Source: Octopus sinensis (lineage: Eukaryota). From it: a stretch of 64,000 bases of DNA. The stretch is taken from assembly GCF_006345805.1 (NCBI RefSeq), contig NC_043019.1:2914001-2978000 (forward strand), given 5' to 3'. Below, one piece after another: positions 37,597 to 49,073 of the stretch. A program made the position numbers and the translations under genes. Every line of letters starts with the position of its first letter. Positions within the stretch are counted from its first letter, which is position 1. The notes under the pieces were generated by a model. The model did no database searches. It was not told the DNA's origin and saw only the letters and a list, made by a program, of their open reading frames with translations.

Positions 37597-37710
37597 CTTT
37601 GTCACATTCTGTTCCATAGAAACCTTTAGCGCAGATACAAATGTAATGTTTAAGTGTATCATAGCATTCTCCTCCATTTTTGCAGGGGTTATTTGCACAC
37701 AAATGTTGGC
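37597..37710 (-). CDS. Exon 10: EGF1 (GQHLCANNPCKNGGECYDTLKHYICICAKGFYGTECDK)
   Basis: 114 nt, absent from the ORF track; six-Cys EGF spacing; tag|GC ... AAAG|gtaag. Confidence 0.92.
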
Positions 37711-37906
37711 CTATTATAAACCATGAAATAAAAAGTGAATTTCAATCAATAAACATTGTACACGGGTAACATTCTAGAATATACTTTTATCAATAAACCT
37801 GTTATTATATCAAAGGTCTTTGTAAGCAATTTGTTTATATTAAATTATCATCTAATTTCATTAAGAACTTAAGACGATGGAGAGTTACAGTGACTGGACT
37901 TCTTAC

Positions 37907-38155
37907 CTTTACAAATTGGTTCTACAATCCTGGCATGAAGATTTTCAAGCTCACTGAAATCATCAACAGAAAATAAATTCTCTGCAACTGGCGGTGATGT
38001 CATTCCAATTAATTCTTCTGTTTGTGTTGCAAATCCAACAGCTACAGTTATAACACTCACACCACTCTGTTTAAGAAGACGAGCTTGTGGTAAAGTCTCT
38101 CTCTGATTAATATTTGACTGTCCATCAGTTATAATAACTACAATGTTGGGTGCAT
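37907..38155 (-). CDS. Exon 9: VWA4 C-part (DAPNIVVIITDGQS...PICK)
   Basis: 249 nt, tttcag|AT ... AAAG|gtaag; phase 1-1. Confidence 0.93.
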
Positions 38156-39043
38156 CTGAAAACAAAAATCAAGTAATGAAAATATTAACTAGAAACTAGT
38201 TAAAAGTACATTTAATATAAATGTATACGAATTCTTGCACTTTATAATAGTGTTCACAAAACTTAACCATATTCTAAAAGATTGATTAGTAAAGTTTCCT
38301 TCATTGGCATACTTTTTCATGAATAACCTAATTACAGTTGTAATTAACATATATTTTGACTTCACACCCCTTATCTGTGACTTCCTTTCAATTTGTGCAA
38401 TTATGGTCATATGCTTAAGAAATATGTTTTGCAACTAAATAATTTGAGTTCAATCTAATTGGCTTCTGCCATAGACTCTGATTAAACCTTAGTGAGTGAA
38501 ATTTCTGTGACAGAAACAGTTTTGAAGCCCATCAGAAAGACAGCTGTTGTGTGACTTTAGTGGAATTCACTCCATTGCAAGCATTACAGCCAGGTTTGTG
38601 ATCTGGAATTACTTCCTCATTTCCTGCACCATATTGGAAACATTGAAAATGGATGCTGTTTTTGTCTTAAAAAATATTATATAATCTTCAGTCTACACCA
38701 ACAACTTCCACTGACATACATTATACACTATTCAGACAACAGCCATCACTTCCACCACTATACACTTTTTAATGTACACTGATCACTTCTGCCACTATAC
38801 AATATACACTCTAAACTTTTACCACATTCATTCAATGCCCTCTTTTAGTAGCCAAAGTCTTCCAATAAAACTAAATGATTTTAAAATGTCATCTTCAGCA
38901 GTCTGAAAGTCCTTCAAAATATGTTATGAATTATATTGGTTGGTCCAATTCTTTAGAAAAGTTTATTAAGTTAAAAAACAAACTTAAGAAGCAAAAAAAC
39001 ACTATATCAAAAATATTCCAACAAAAGTAATTGCTATATTTAC

Positions 39044-39361
39044 CAGGCCTGTCTCCATTGACTTCAGTGAATATCATTCTGCGTGCCATTCGAAGAGCAA
39101 TTGCTGTATGAGTTGAGCCGTAGACATATTTTACAGCTGCAGTGGCATTTTCAATATCTTCTTTCCTGGTAAAAGAATTTAGATAAAATTCTGTACGTGC
39201 TTCATCACTAAATGTGACGAGAGCCACATTATATAATCCTGATTCTATATCAAGACTCTCAATGGTAGAATATACAAAGTCTATTACTTTGGCAAAGTTT
39301 TCTTCACCAACACTTCCAGAAGAATCAACAACAAACAGAATGTCAGCTTTGCTGGTACAAT
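39044..39361 (-). CDS. Exon 8: VWA4 N-part (DCTSKADILFVVDSSGSVG...NGDRP)
   Basis: 318 nt, ttttgtag|AT ... CCTG|gtaaat; phase 1-1. Confidence 0.93.
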
Positions 39362-39521
39362 CTACAAAACAAAAAAGATGTTGCAATTACAATCACACAA
39401 ATGTTAATCTATACAACTTTACATTTATAACTTTTTCTATATTAAGAGTTTATATTTATTTATTGATATAAGAAGATACAAATAATGCAATAAAAAATAT
39501 TATAGCTGTTGCATAATTTAC

Positions 39522-39785
39522 CTGAAGGTCTGTATATTCTTTTGGGTGTAGTTACTACGGGTCTTCGAGGTGTAGTCCTTCGGGGTGTAGTCCTTCGGGG
39601 CGTAGTCCTTCGGGGCGTAGTCCTTCGGGGCGTAGTCCTTCGGGTTGTAGTCCTTCGGGTTGTAATTCTTTGGGTTGTTTCAGGCCTTGGTGGAATAGTC
39701 ACTGGAACTCGTCGTCTTGTTGACAGAGTAGTTCGTGGAGTACGTCTAGTTGTAGGAGCTGGAGTAGTTGGAGGTGGTACATATA
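39522..39785 (-). CDS. Exon 7: Pro/Thr/Arg-rich linker with (TTPRR)n
   Basis: 264 nt, tttacag|TA ... TCAG|gtaaat; phase 1-1; translates VYVPPPTTPAPTTRR...TTPRRTTPRR...IYRPS. Confidence 0.88.
39571..39675 (-). repeat. Coding 15-bp tandem repeat, 6 near-perfect + 1 degenerate units (TTPRR)
   Basis: (YGTAGTCCTTCGGGK) x6 on the plus strand. Confidence 0.95.
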
Positions 39786-39995
39786 CTGTAAAAATGAAAT
39801 ACATTTTCAATTTTATTCATTAGGTCATGATTGTCAGAAGTAGACTAAACGAATCCTAATCATCAAGGACATTTTTGCCATTTATACTACATATGTTTTC
39901 AAGATGTTTAAATGCAATATGAAACAGTATTTTCAAGATTAATCATTATATTTTGAGTCAAAAAACAAATTATGTTTATAATATCAAGTTCATAC

Positions 39996-40284
39996 CTTGC
40001 TTAACTTTATTTAAAAGTGGATCCATAATATTCATTACAGTTTCAGCAGAGTTCACTTGATACACATGTTCATTCTCTGGTGCAGATGCAAAACTGTACA
40101 GCTCATTTGGATCTACATCACCTAATCCAAGTACAAATACCTCAGCTTTGGCTTCTTTTTCTAATTCTTCAGCACGTTTCTTAGCTTTTGCTATATCACC
40201 GGTCTTTGATCCAGTGATGAGAATAACCTTATTTTCAGCTTTAGGTCGGTCTCCATTTTCAGTGACAAACATATTTTTCCTCAC
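39996..40284 (-). CDS. Exon 6: VWA3 C-half (VRKNMFVTENGDRPKAENKVILITG...KVKQ)
   Basis: 289 nt, tttag|GTG ... CAAG|gtatg; phase 0-1. Confidence 0.9.
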
Positions 40285-40911
40285 CTAAATATTTCAATTT
40301 TGATATTAGACAAAATATATATATACATACACACATGCATACATATGAATTATATATGTGTATGCATGTGCAAATTCACAAAATAAATATTTCATTTATA
40401 AACAGCATGAGTTTTGTTTCAATTGCAAATAAGACAGAAAATGTTAAGATTGTTTTCAGTGGTAAGTAACAGGTGTTCATGTCATCATTCATATTTAATT
40501 GAAATTAGATAATTTCACAATAAAATGGAAGTTACATTTATTCAGATTAGAATAAATGCAAGCTTTGAGAAATTATACATATTAAGAATGAAACTTGAGA
40601 TGAATTTGAATTTATTTTGTATAAAAAAAAAAGCATTTAAAAAAATTTCTATACTGAAAAGCAACATTTGTGTAAAAATGATTGGCACAAAATACTGTAT
40701 TTATTGCAGTATATATTTGACTAACACAGCATGTAATCTCTCTTTAATAACAGTTACATATGTTCAATGAAATATAGATTACTTGTAAGCTAACAGTTTC
40801 TAAGACAATAATGAAATCTATTAAACCCAGAGAGGTGATCGTAACCCTCTCAGATAAAGGTCTATGTGTTTAATTTTATCCTCTACCTGGGCTTCTGAGC
40901 AAAAAGAAAAT

Positions 40912-41130
40912 ATGGTCTAGTGGTTAAGAGCGCAGGCTACTAACCCCAAGATTACAAGTTTGATTCCAGGCAGTGACCTGAACAATAATAATATCGCAAA
41001 ATACTTTAGGAATGAGAACCCTGGTTTGAAATTTTCCCAAGACACCTGATGAAGGCTGGAGGGTATATCAGCTGAAACGTTGTGTTAACAACAAACAAGA
41101 TGAGGATAAATATCCATCAAATGTAAATAA
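40912..41130 (+). mobile_element. tRNA-headed SINE with hammerhead-bearing (Penelope pLTR-like) tail, family F
   Basis: A box TGGTCTAGTGG, anticodon-like loop CTACTAA, B box GTTTGATTCC, short AAT run, then HHR motif; homologous to the 60938 and 61178 copies. Confidence 0.8.
41041..41086 (+). ncRNA. Predicted minimal type I hammerhead ribozyme, canonical core
   Basis: GACAC-CUGAUGA-A-GGCUG(GAGGGUAUAU)CAGCU-GAAAC-GUU-GUGUU: stem I 5 bp, stem II 5 bp, palindromic ACGU helix III. Folded by eye; activity untested. Confidence 0.7.
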
Positions 41131-42491
41131 ACAGTTGCATATACAGCTCAAGAGTAACAATTGCAGGCAATCTAATGGACAGAATTGCAAAAATATTCAG
41201 GAGAATAACAATAATAGGCCTTTCTCACAACTACCATATTAATTCATTGCAGGTAAACTCATCGACAGAGTCACAAAAAAAAAAAAAAAAGGAGAATAAC
41301 AATATTTCTCAACTAGTGTATTTGTTAACCCAAATCACTACTTTCCTCATCACTTTTGCCAGATTGATTGTCCAAATCCCCTTCACTACCTGCATAAGGG
41401 TAAACTCTTCATCCAAAGAATGAATATCATCAATAATTTCCTCAACTGTAAAGAGTTGTTTCATCACAAAATCAGATTTTTTAAATTTTTTTTATGGAAA
41501 ACAAAAGTAAACAAGAATAATGGAGAACACCTTTAACAATGAGCCATAAACACACTTGACTACAAAGTTGCAATGTGATCAGTTGTCTATTTTATCTTTT
41601 TCTCTGTGTGTTATTCATTACCACCTTAACAGGAATCTGGCAGAGATTACATTTAGGCTATTCTCAGTATACCAGGTACACAGTATGATAGGGTTAATAT
41701 AGTTGATATTCAGTGTGGATTTCTACAGGCTGATGCAACAAAAAATGGAAACAGGGATAGCATTTTAGAAGAGGTATGACGAGTCTGAGTAGAAAGGATT
41801 AAGAAAAGTCTTTAGCGGAAACTTATTGGACTGAGATACTGGTGTCCCAGATTCCTAAAATAAAATTTTTCTAAACACTGTCAACTACTATGGTTGCTAC
41901 CCTTTCCAGTATTTCAAACATTTGTTAATCTTTAAATTATTAATTCATATTTTCTGCATGTCTATGGAAAATATTTTGTATTTCCAAACTAAATTAATTA
42001 TCACTACGTGATACTCAAAATCTACAAATACATCACATCTTCTATATCTACTCAATGATCCTCCCCCATTTTTCTCCTTATAAAGAGTCACATGCGTCTT
42101 AACCCACTTCCTTTGTAATACTGCATGGTTTTAGAAGTCTGCTACAACTTTTGTATTTCTCTCAACAGCTAAATCTCAGTAGTACAAACATGAGGCACTA
42201 TAAATTTTCATCACTGCAGCTCTTCTTTTATACAAGGAAGAATGTGTGCCCCTTTAAATAGAACAATATTATACAGTCTTCCTTTTCAAAAAGTTGTTAT
42301 AGTAGTATTAAGTGATTAACAGGATATCAATAGAATAACAGAATTACAGAACATGAACAGGGTAAAAGAATACAGAGTGACAAATATGCACACAATGAGA
42401 GTAACAATATTAACAAAGTGATAGGACATCTAGAGCAAGACATCATCAGTGATTACTATCTGTAATTAGTTACGTCTAAACTCTAGCTATA

Positions 42492-42872
42492 CTCTTTAAC
42501 CTGTTTCAGTCATTTGACTGTGGCTATGCTGGAGCACCGCCTTTAGTCGAGCAAATCGACCCCAGGACTTATTCTTTGTAAGCCTAGTACTTATTCTATC
42601 GGTCTGTTTTGCCAAACCGCTAAGTTACGGGAACGTAAACACACCAGCATCGGTTGTCAAGCGATGTTGGGGGGACAAACACAGACACACAAACATATAT
42701 ACATATATACGACAGGCTTCTTTCAGTTTCCATCTACCAAATCCACTCACAAGGCTTTGGTCTGCCCGAGGCTATAGTAGAGGACACTTGCCTAAGGTGC
42801 CACGCAGTGGGAATGACCCCAAAACCATGTGGTTGGTAAGCAAGCTACCTACCACACAGCCACTCCTGCGCC
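42492..42872 (-). mobile_element. SINE-A
   Basis: Full-length reverse-complement homology. Confidence 0.88.
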
Positions 42873-43010
42873 GATAATTGATTTTTCTTTCATAACTTCA
42901 GAGTTATGGATACATTCTATAAATTATATCTTACTTAAAACTGATGCTATATACAAGTTGTAACTCTATATTTCCTAATAAGGATGATGATGATTATGAA
43001 ACATACTTAC

Positions 43011-43273
43011 TTCATTGAAAGCCTTGGCTTTGTTTGATTTTCCGCTACTTTGTGGCAACATATCAATAACCTGCAGTAAATCAGCTTTCCTATGGAATGT
43101 ATTTAAATGGGCTTCGATTTTAGCTTCAGAGTTAAAGAGCATAAGACCGATTCTCACTTTCCCTGTGTCAAAATCAGCCATCCCAACAAATGCACGAGCA
43201 AAGATAAGCATCAAGAAAAACTTTTCATCTGTTACACTGGAATCCAACATCAACACAATATCCTGACCAGTTT
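43011..43273 (-). CDS. Exon 5: VWA3 N-half (ETGQDIVLMLDSSV...AFNE)
   Basis: 263 nt, ttgcag|AA ... GAA|gtaag; phase 1-0. Confidence 0.9.
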
Positions 43274-43393
43274 CTGCAAAAGTTTCAAATTATAATTTAC
43301 TTCACTTATTCTTAATAATAGAATTCACCAACTCAACAATTACCAAGCTACATATAGTGGAGGCTTTGCTTTATATGTTTATGTATGTGTACA

Positions 43394-43429
<36 letters not shown>

Positions 43430-43475
43430 CATGCATATAAACATACGTATGTGTATATATATATATGTGTGTGTG

Positions 43476-43797
43476 AAGGTGCGTGGCTTAGTGGTTAGGG
43501 GCATTCGGCTCATGATCGTAAGGTCGTGAGTTCAATTCTTGGCGGCACATTGTGTCCTTGAGCAAGATACTTTATTTCATGTTGCTCCAGTCCACTCAGC
43601 TGGCAAAATTGAGTAGTGCCTGTATTTTAAAGGGCCAACCTTGTCACACTCCATGTCACGCTGAATTTCCCCGAGAACTACGTTAAGGGTACATGTGTTT
43701 GTGGAGTGCTCAGCCACTTGCACGTTCATTTCATGAGCAAGCTGTTCCATTGATTGTATCAGCAGGGACCCTTGTCGTCACAACCAATGGAGTGCTC
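43476..43797 (+). mobile_element. SINE-C
   Basis: GCGTGGCTTAGTGGTTAGGG...GAGTTCAATTC...CCTTGAGCAAGATACTTTATTTCA. Confidence 0.85.
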
Positions 43798-44458
43798 CTA
43801 TCCTATATATATATATAAAGAGAGAGAGAGATATGTAAATATACTTTTTGTTTACTATATGTAGTGAAGTAAATATGTAAGCCAGCATGATCTTCGCCAC
43901 TTCCCCTCTCAAACCAATATATAAAAAACATTCCTATCAACAAACATTTTTTATCAAAAGACCTGTATCTTACACACCTCATTGACACCACCACCCCAGA
44001 CACACACTTAAAACAGAAAATTGCTAAAAGAAAGAATTTGGGAAAACATCTGGTCATTATATTTCTCAACTATTTAAATGGCTTCATTAAACACTCTTTT
44101 AACACTCCACCATCTCTCAACTTCATATCCAATCAAGTATCTGGTTTTGACCATTCACCATTTCCTTTCAGCTCTTATTTATCAACAGTCTTTCACTCAC
44201 ACACTGATTAACAAACCCCGATCCCAACCCAAACTCTCAGATCTGTTTGACAATAAATGCAAGAAAGTTCTATAAAAAAGTTAAGGAATTTTTTTTTTAA
44301 ACTTCGCCACCCAAGTTAACAAAGAACTTACTAGATTTACAAACTAAAGTGTAAAACTTATGTTATTAAAAAATTAGAAAACTAATAAATTAAACTGATC
44401 AGAACTACCAGTGAAGTCATCCTTATTCATTTCTCAAATCTCTCTCTCTCTCTCTAAA

Positions 44459-44490
<32 letters not shown>

Positions 44491-44640
44491 TACATACACA
44501 TACATATAAGTTATGAGTTGAAAGCATATAAATGCCCAACACTGCATAGGCATATGAAAACTTAATTTTCTTTTAACAGAATTCAGTAAACATCTACCAT
44601 ACAATTTCTATGAATATATTAGCAGTTATTCAATCAGAGT

Positions 44641-44675
44641 ATATATACGTATATATATATATATATACATATATA

Positions 44676-44717
<42 letters not shown>

Positions 44718-44719
44718 TA

Positions 44720-44789
<70 letters not shown>

Positions 44790-44790
44790 A
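44641..44790. repeat. (TA)n/(TG)n microsatellite
   Basis: Direct inspection. Confidence 0.95.
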
Positions 44791-45051
44791 TATAGACAAT
44801 AAGAAAATGGAGGAAAAACAACAATGAGATGTGTGTCTTTGATGTTAAAAAGCCATTATTTAATTAGTAAATGAAATAATGGCTTTGTAGCACAAGAGAC
44901 ACACTTCTCTAGCTGACAGTTTTTGTACTTTTTCGTGACGGAAAATACACCTGCTGTGGCAGTTATAACGAAATTGCTTTTTTATATCAGATAAATAAGG
45001 TGTTTCAACAGAACATCTTTACCGCCGGGAATTACTGGGTACACCAGCTAG
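44790..45051 (+). mobile_element. Probable second non-autonomous Helitron within (TA)n
   Basis: Degenerate GC hairpin then CTAG|T at 45048-45052; 5' end lost in the microsatellite. Confidence 0.45.
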
Positions 45052-45054
45052 TAT

Positions 45055-45105
<51 letters not shown>

Positions 45106-45728
45106 GATGAATAAGTAAACTTGTGTAAGTGAATATGCATGTATGTATACATATGTGTATGTGTTTGTACATATACATAAATGGATAGTTGTATGTGTTT
45201 CTATATAAATATGTCTATATGAATGTGTGTATTATGCAACAAAATCGATTATAGAACAAGATACTAATATATTTGAATGTAGGAACTCAAAGAACTATAG
45301 CTTCTAATTTGCATATTACAAGTGTTTGACAGTTTATTAATTCCAATGGCCTGTCAGCAGACATTCCAGTCCACACAGATATATGTGCACTTTCATAGCA
45401 GGCACAAAAGCATGTCAAATTTAACTATTTCTCCACACACACACGCATATATTTAATATTGTGTTTATATAATATTTTGTGACATTTTAAAAATTACTAT
45501 GATATAATACATATATATATTTATATCAAATATATAATACACAACATATATAATATACCTATATATATATATGTATGTGTGTGTGCATATATACACACAC
45601 TCAAGTTCATATAATTGAGATAGATATGGTTTTGGACAAGATGATATAAATTTTTATTATAAATGAAATATTATGAATCTGCTAGAAATGATAAAAAAAT
45701 TCTGACAAGATATGGAACTGAATATTAC

Positions 45729-45761
45729 CTGATGTAGGTGGTTTAGGAGTTGGCATGACTG
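45729..45761 (-). CDS. Exon 4: 33-nt Pro/Thr linker micro-exon (AVMPTPKPPTS)
   Basis: tttactttgtag|CAGTCATGCCAACTCCTAAACCACCTACATCAG|gtaata; phase 1-1, open, linker-like composition. Confidence 0.75.
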
Positions 45762-46019
45762 CTACAAAGTAAATATTTACACAATTAATAGAAACAAATA
45801 TACACAAGGATATGAAGAAGTTCAATTTACCTGCATCATAATTATTTTCTGATACAACTGATTTGTTTACAAGATAGATAATTATTTTTCATAAAAGCTT
45901 TATGAGGTACTTCAAAGTGAAACAACACAAAATGAGAAGACATTTTTTTAATATAGCAAATGTTTTGTATGAATAATAGAATATTAGTGAGATAAATCTA
46001 TCACCAGTGTTGCTATATA

Positions 46020-46250
46020 GCTATATACAACACACACACATGCACAGATATATACATATATATATACATACATACATATATATAAATACATACATACATA
46101 TACACATACACATACATATACACATACATATATACATATATATACACATACATATACACATACATATATACATACATATATACATACATATACACATACA
46201 TATATATATATATATATGTATACACACTTCATATATATATATGTATACAC
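46020..46250. repeat. Compound (CATA/TA) microsatellite
   Basis: Direct inspection; source of spurious ORFs. Confidence 0.95.
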
Positions 46251-46479
46251 ACTTCAGAGAAAGAAAATTGTGAGGAATTATTTTAGTACTAAGCTTATTC
46301 AGACATTATGGGATTAACACAAGTTACATTTTACTTTTTTTAAGCTATTTTTTAAGGCATTTTTCAATGTAGCCAGAATTTTTTTTTTTTATGAAAATTT
46401 TTTCAAAAAGGTTTCCATTTTAAAATACTGTAATTTTTACTGTTGTAAGATGTGATACTGAAAAAGTTAAGTTGCACTT

Positions 46480-47752
46480 GATCAATTGTTGATGTATGAA
46501 ATAGTCATTGGGAATTATTTTGAGATTAAAAAAATGGAAACTTCCTTGACTTCTTCATCCTATTGCAAGCAACTGTGACAAAATGGCAGAGGTATAGTTG
46601 TTGTTTAAGGAATTAAAGACCACTTTAATACAATATTTCAAACTTGAGAATGTTGATGGAGTTCAATGACAATGGAGGTGTGATTTTGAAACTGAAGCTC
46701 CAACATGCCTGACAATTCCATGGATTTGTGATAAGTTCAAAATTCATGTTAACACGTGTTGATGTGCAGAAGAGAAAATCCAGCAAAACTTATACAGTAA
46801 CACGTGCTGCTTCTCCGGCTATTGAACATTTCATACACTTGCCACAGAAGTCAACTGTACAATGTGCATGTGAAACAGTAATAAGCATTTAGTGGATTCT
46901 TAAAAGAGCTAGGGGAAAATTTACATTCCAAGATTATTACATGCAAACAACAATGATGATTCTTATTGAAGAATCAAGTTTTCTGATTACTTTCAGCATA
47001 TGGTAGGCAAGAATGAAGGGTTTTGTGAAGCTGGTTGTGCAGTCTGATGAGGCACAATTTAAGCTAAATGGTACAGTGAACTGATATAATCGTGTATACT
47101 GGGTACCAGAAAATCCTTACTTGCATGTGGACAAAGCAGTCAATTTACCAGGAGTCAATGTCTGGTGTAGGATGTCATCAAGAGTTTTAATAAAACCATT
47201 TTCTTTGAAGGTACCGTTACTGGAAAAGCATAACTAAACATGCCATGCATTTCCATTTTACCTACCATACATGCACTTCATGAAAATCATAAAATTTTCC
47301 TCCGACAACACAGTGTACCTCCACACTACTGCTGAGATGGATAAGCTTACATGGATGAGCACTTGCAAGGATGCTGGATAGGAAGAAGAGGTGTAGTCAA
47401 GTCCCCTGCATGCTCTCTTGATTTAACAACTTGGAGAATTTTTCTTATGGGGTATCCTAAAGGACATCATATATCAGAGAAAACCAGCTACACTGAAAAG
47501 CCTTTAGGAATAAATTGAAAAGGTATGTGTAGCAATCCCACTCAACACTTTGGCCAATGCTGCCCAAGCAGAAGTTTACCATACTAATATGTGTCTGTAT
47601 GCTAATGGCCATCACATTTGAGCATGTCTTGTAATTGTAGTGGTTAAAGGTAACCTATATTATTTCTGCGATGTCTGAATAAATTTAGTATTAAAATACT
47701 TCTAAATGTTTTTATTTTCTTGACGTGTGTATATATTTTGGGGGATTCTGTA
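46480..47752 (+). mobile_element. Degenerate Tc1/mariner-superfamily (maT/DD37D-like) transposon
   Basis: QSDEAQFKLNGTVN, YWVPENP, GVNVWC, WIGRRG, FLWGILKD; only the right end is discernible. Confidence 0.75.
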
Positions 47753-48938
47753 TGTATGTAAGTATGTATAGAAAAAATGAAACCATAAAAGTATATTGCT
47801 TATGTCTGTCCCTCTGCTGCAAATCTGTCCCTGATATATTTATTACCCACAACTTATCTTCCTTAGACACACACACACATACACACAGTTACTTTATTGG
47901 CTAAAATATAATATATAAGCAGAATTATTTAAATTAACTATGCATATCATATATACATGATATATATATATTCTTTCATGTGTGCAAATAATATTTATTA
48001 TTGTTGTATACATTTTTCAGACAAATCCATTAGTGGTAGTACAAAGTAAAGAGAATTAATGTCTAGTAAAAGTAAATATATTTTTGTTAGAATTGAATTC
48101 TTTTCTATTACTTCAAAGCTATCACCAGAGAGGCATTCATGAGATGGTAAATTGATGAAGTAGTACTGAAAATATTTTCTCTTTAGATAAGCCATCTGAA
48201 GAATGCCTCCCAATGAAGATACTTGCATTACGGAATGGTCAACTTTAACAATTTTAAATATATACAAATATGGTATATTTATAATAAGCATATACAGTTA
48301 TCTTTAATTGCAAAAATTAAGACAAACAATGAAAAGATGGAAAAGAAAAAAACAACCAATTGAAGAATAGTTAAAAATACATGAAACAAAGTAGAAAAGA
48401 ATAAGAGTTGCATCGTTTTCTTTACCAGTCATTTTCCTGTAATAAATTTTCAGGAAGTAGCTAATAGTTATTTTGAAAACACATTACAGATGCTCACAAT
48501 TATATAAAAATCATGTTAGGTTAACAATATTTTGTTAGAAAATTCAAATTATTTTTGTGCATAGAAGGAAACTCAGAATAAGAGTTAGGTTTAAAGATAA
48601 TAGATGGTCATGCTATAGATGAACTTCTACTTCATATAAAGATGTTAAGGTAAATGGTAGACCATTAGAGAATTTTGTTTAGTAACAATGCTCTCTATCG
48701 GGAAAAGATGATAAATGAATACACTAATATAATATATCTGCATTGAAAGGCAAATCAACATAGCATTAAATTCAAGTAAAATTAATAAATCTAGATACTG
48801 TATTTTAAACCATCTAATACAGTGCGTAAGAGTTTGTATAATGTTTGGAATTAAAGCAAATGAAGAGATCAATGAAGAAGAATATTTTACATCCCTGAAC
48901 TACTGCTGCTGCTCTCTTGAGGAATATCTAGAATGAAT

Positions 48939-49073
48939 ATTGGCGTTAGGAAGGGTATCCAGCCGTAGAAACATTGCCAGATCAGACTGGGCCTGGTGCA
49001 GCCTTCTGGCTTCCCAGACCCCAGTTGAACCATCCAACCCATGCTAGCATGGAAAGAGGACGCTAAATGATGA
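48939..49073 (+). mobile_element. Family E, 5'-truncated
   Basis: Nearly identical to 28395-28530. Confidence 0.75.

Noticed and set aside
39571-39675. 15-bp repeats as a CRISPR array
   Set aside because: No spacers, eukaryotic context, and the repeats are in-frame coding.
39509-39823. Plus-strand ORF with (GVVLR)n
   Set aside because: Antisense shadow of the TTPRR exon, which has proper splice sites and phase.
40912-40975. tRNA genes at SINE heads (also 1650-1710, 6214-6270, 43480-43545, 61178-61235)
   Set aside because: A and B boxes are present but there is no complete cloverleaf, and each runs into a repeat body.
41300-41460. Acidic minus-strand peptide (QLFTVEEIIDDIHSLDEE...SDEESSD)
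   Set aside because: No acceptor and a frame break; more likely a transposase N-terminal relic, too short to classify.
48891-48927. Possible Ser-rich minus-strand exon (DIPQESSSSSSG)
   Set aside because: 37 nt breaks the phase 1-1 frame, the splice sites are weak, and it abuts a repeat.
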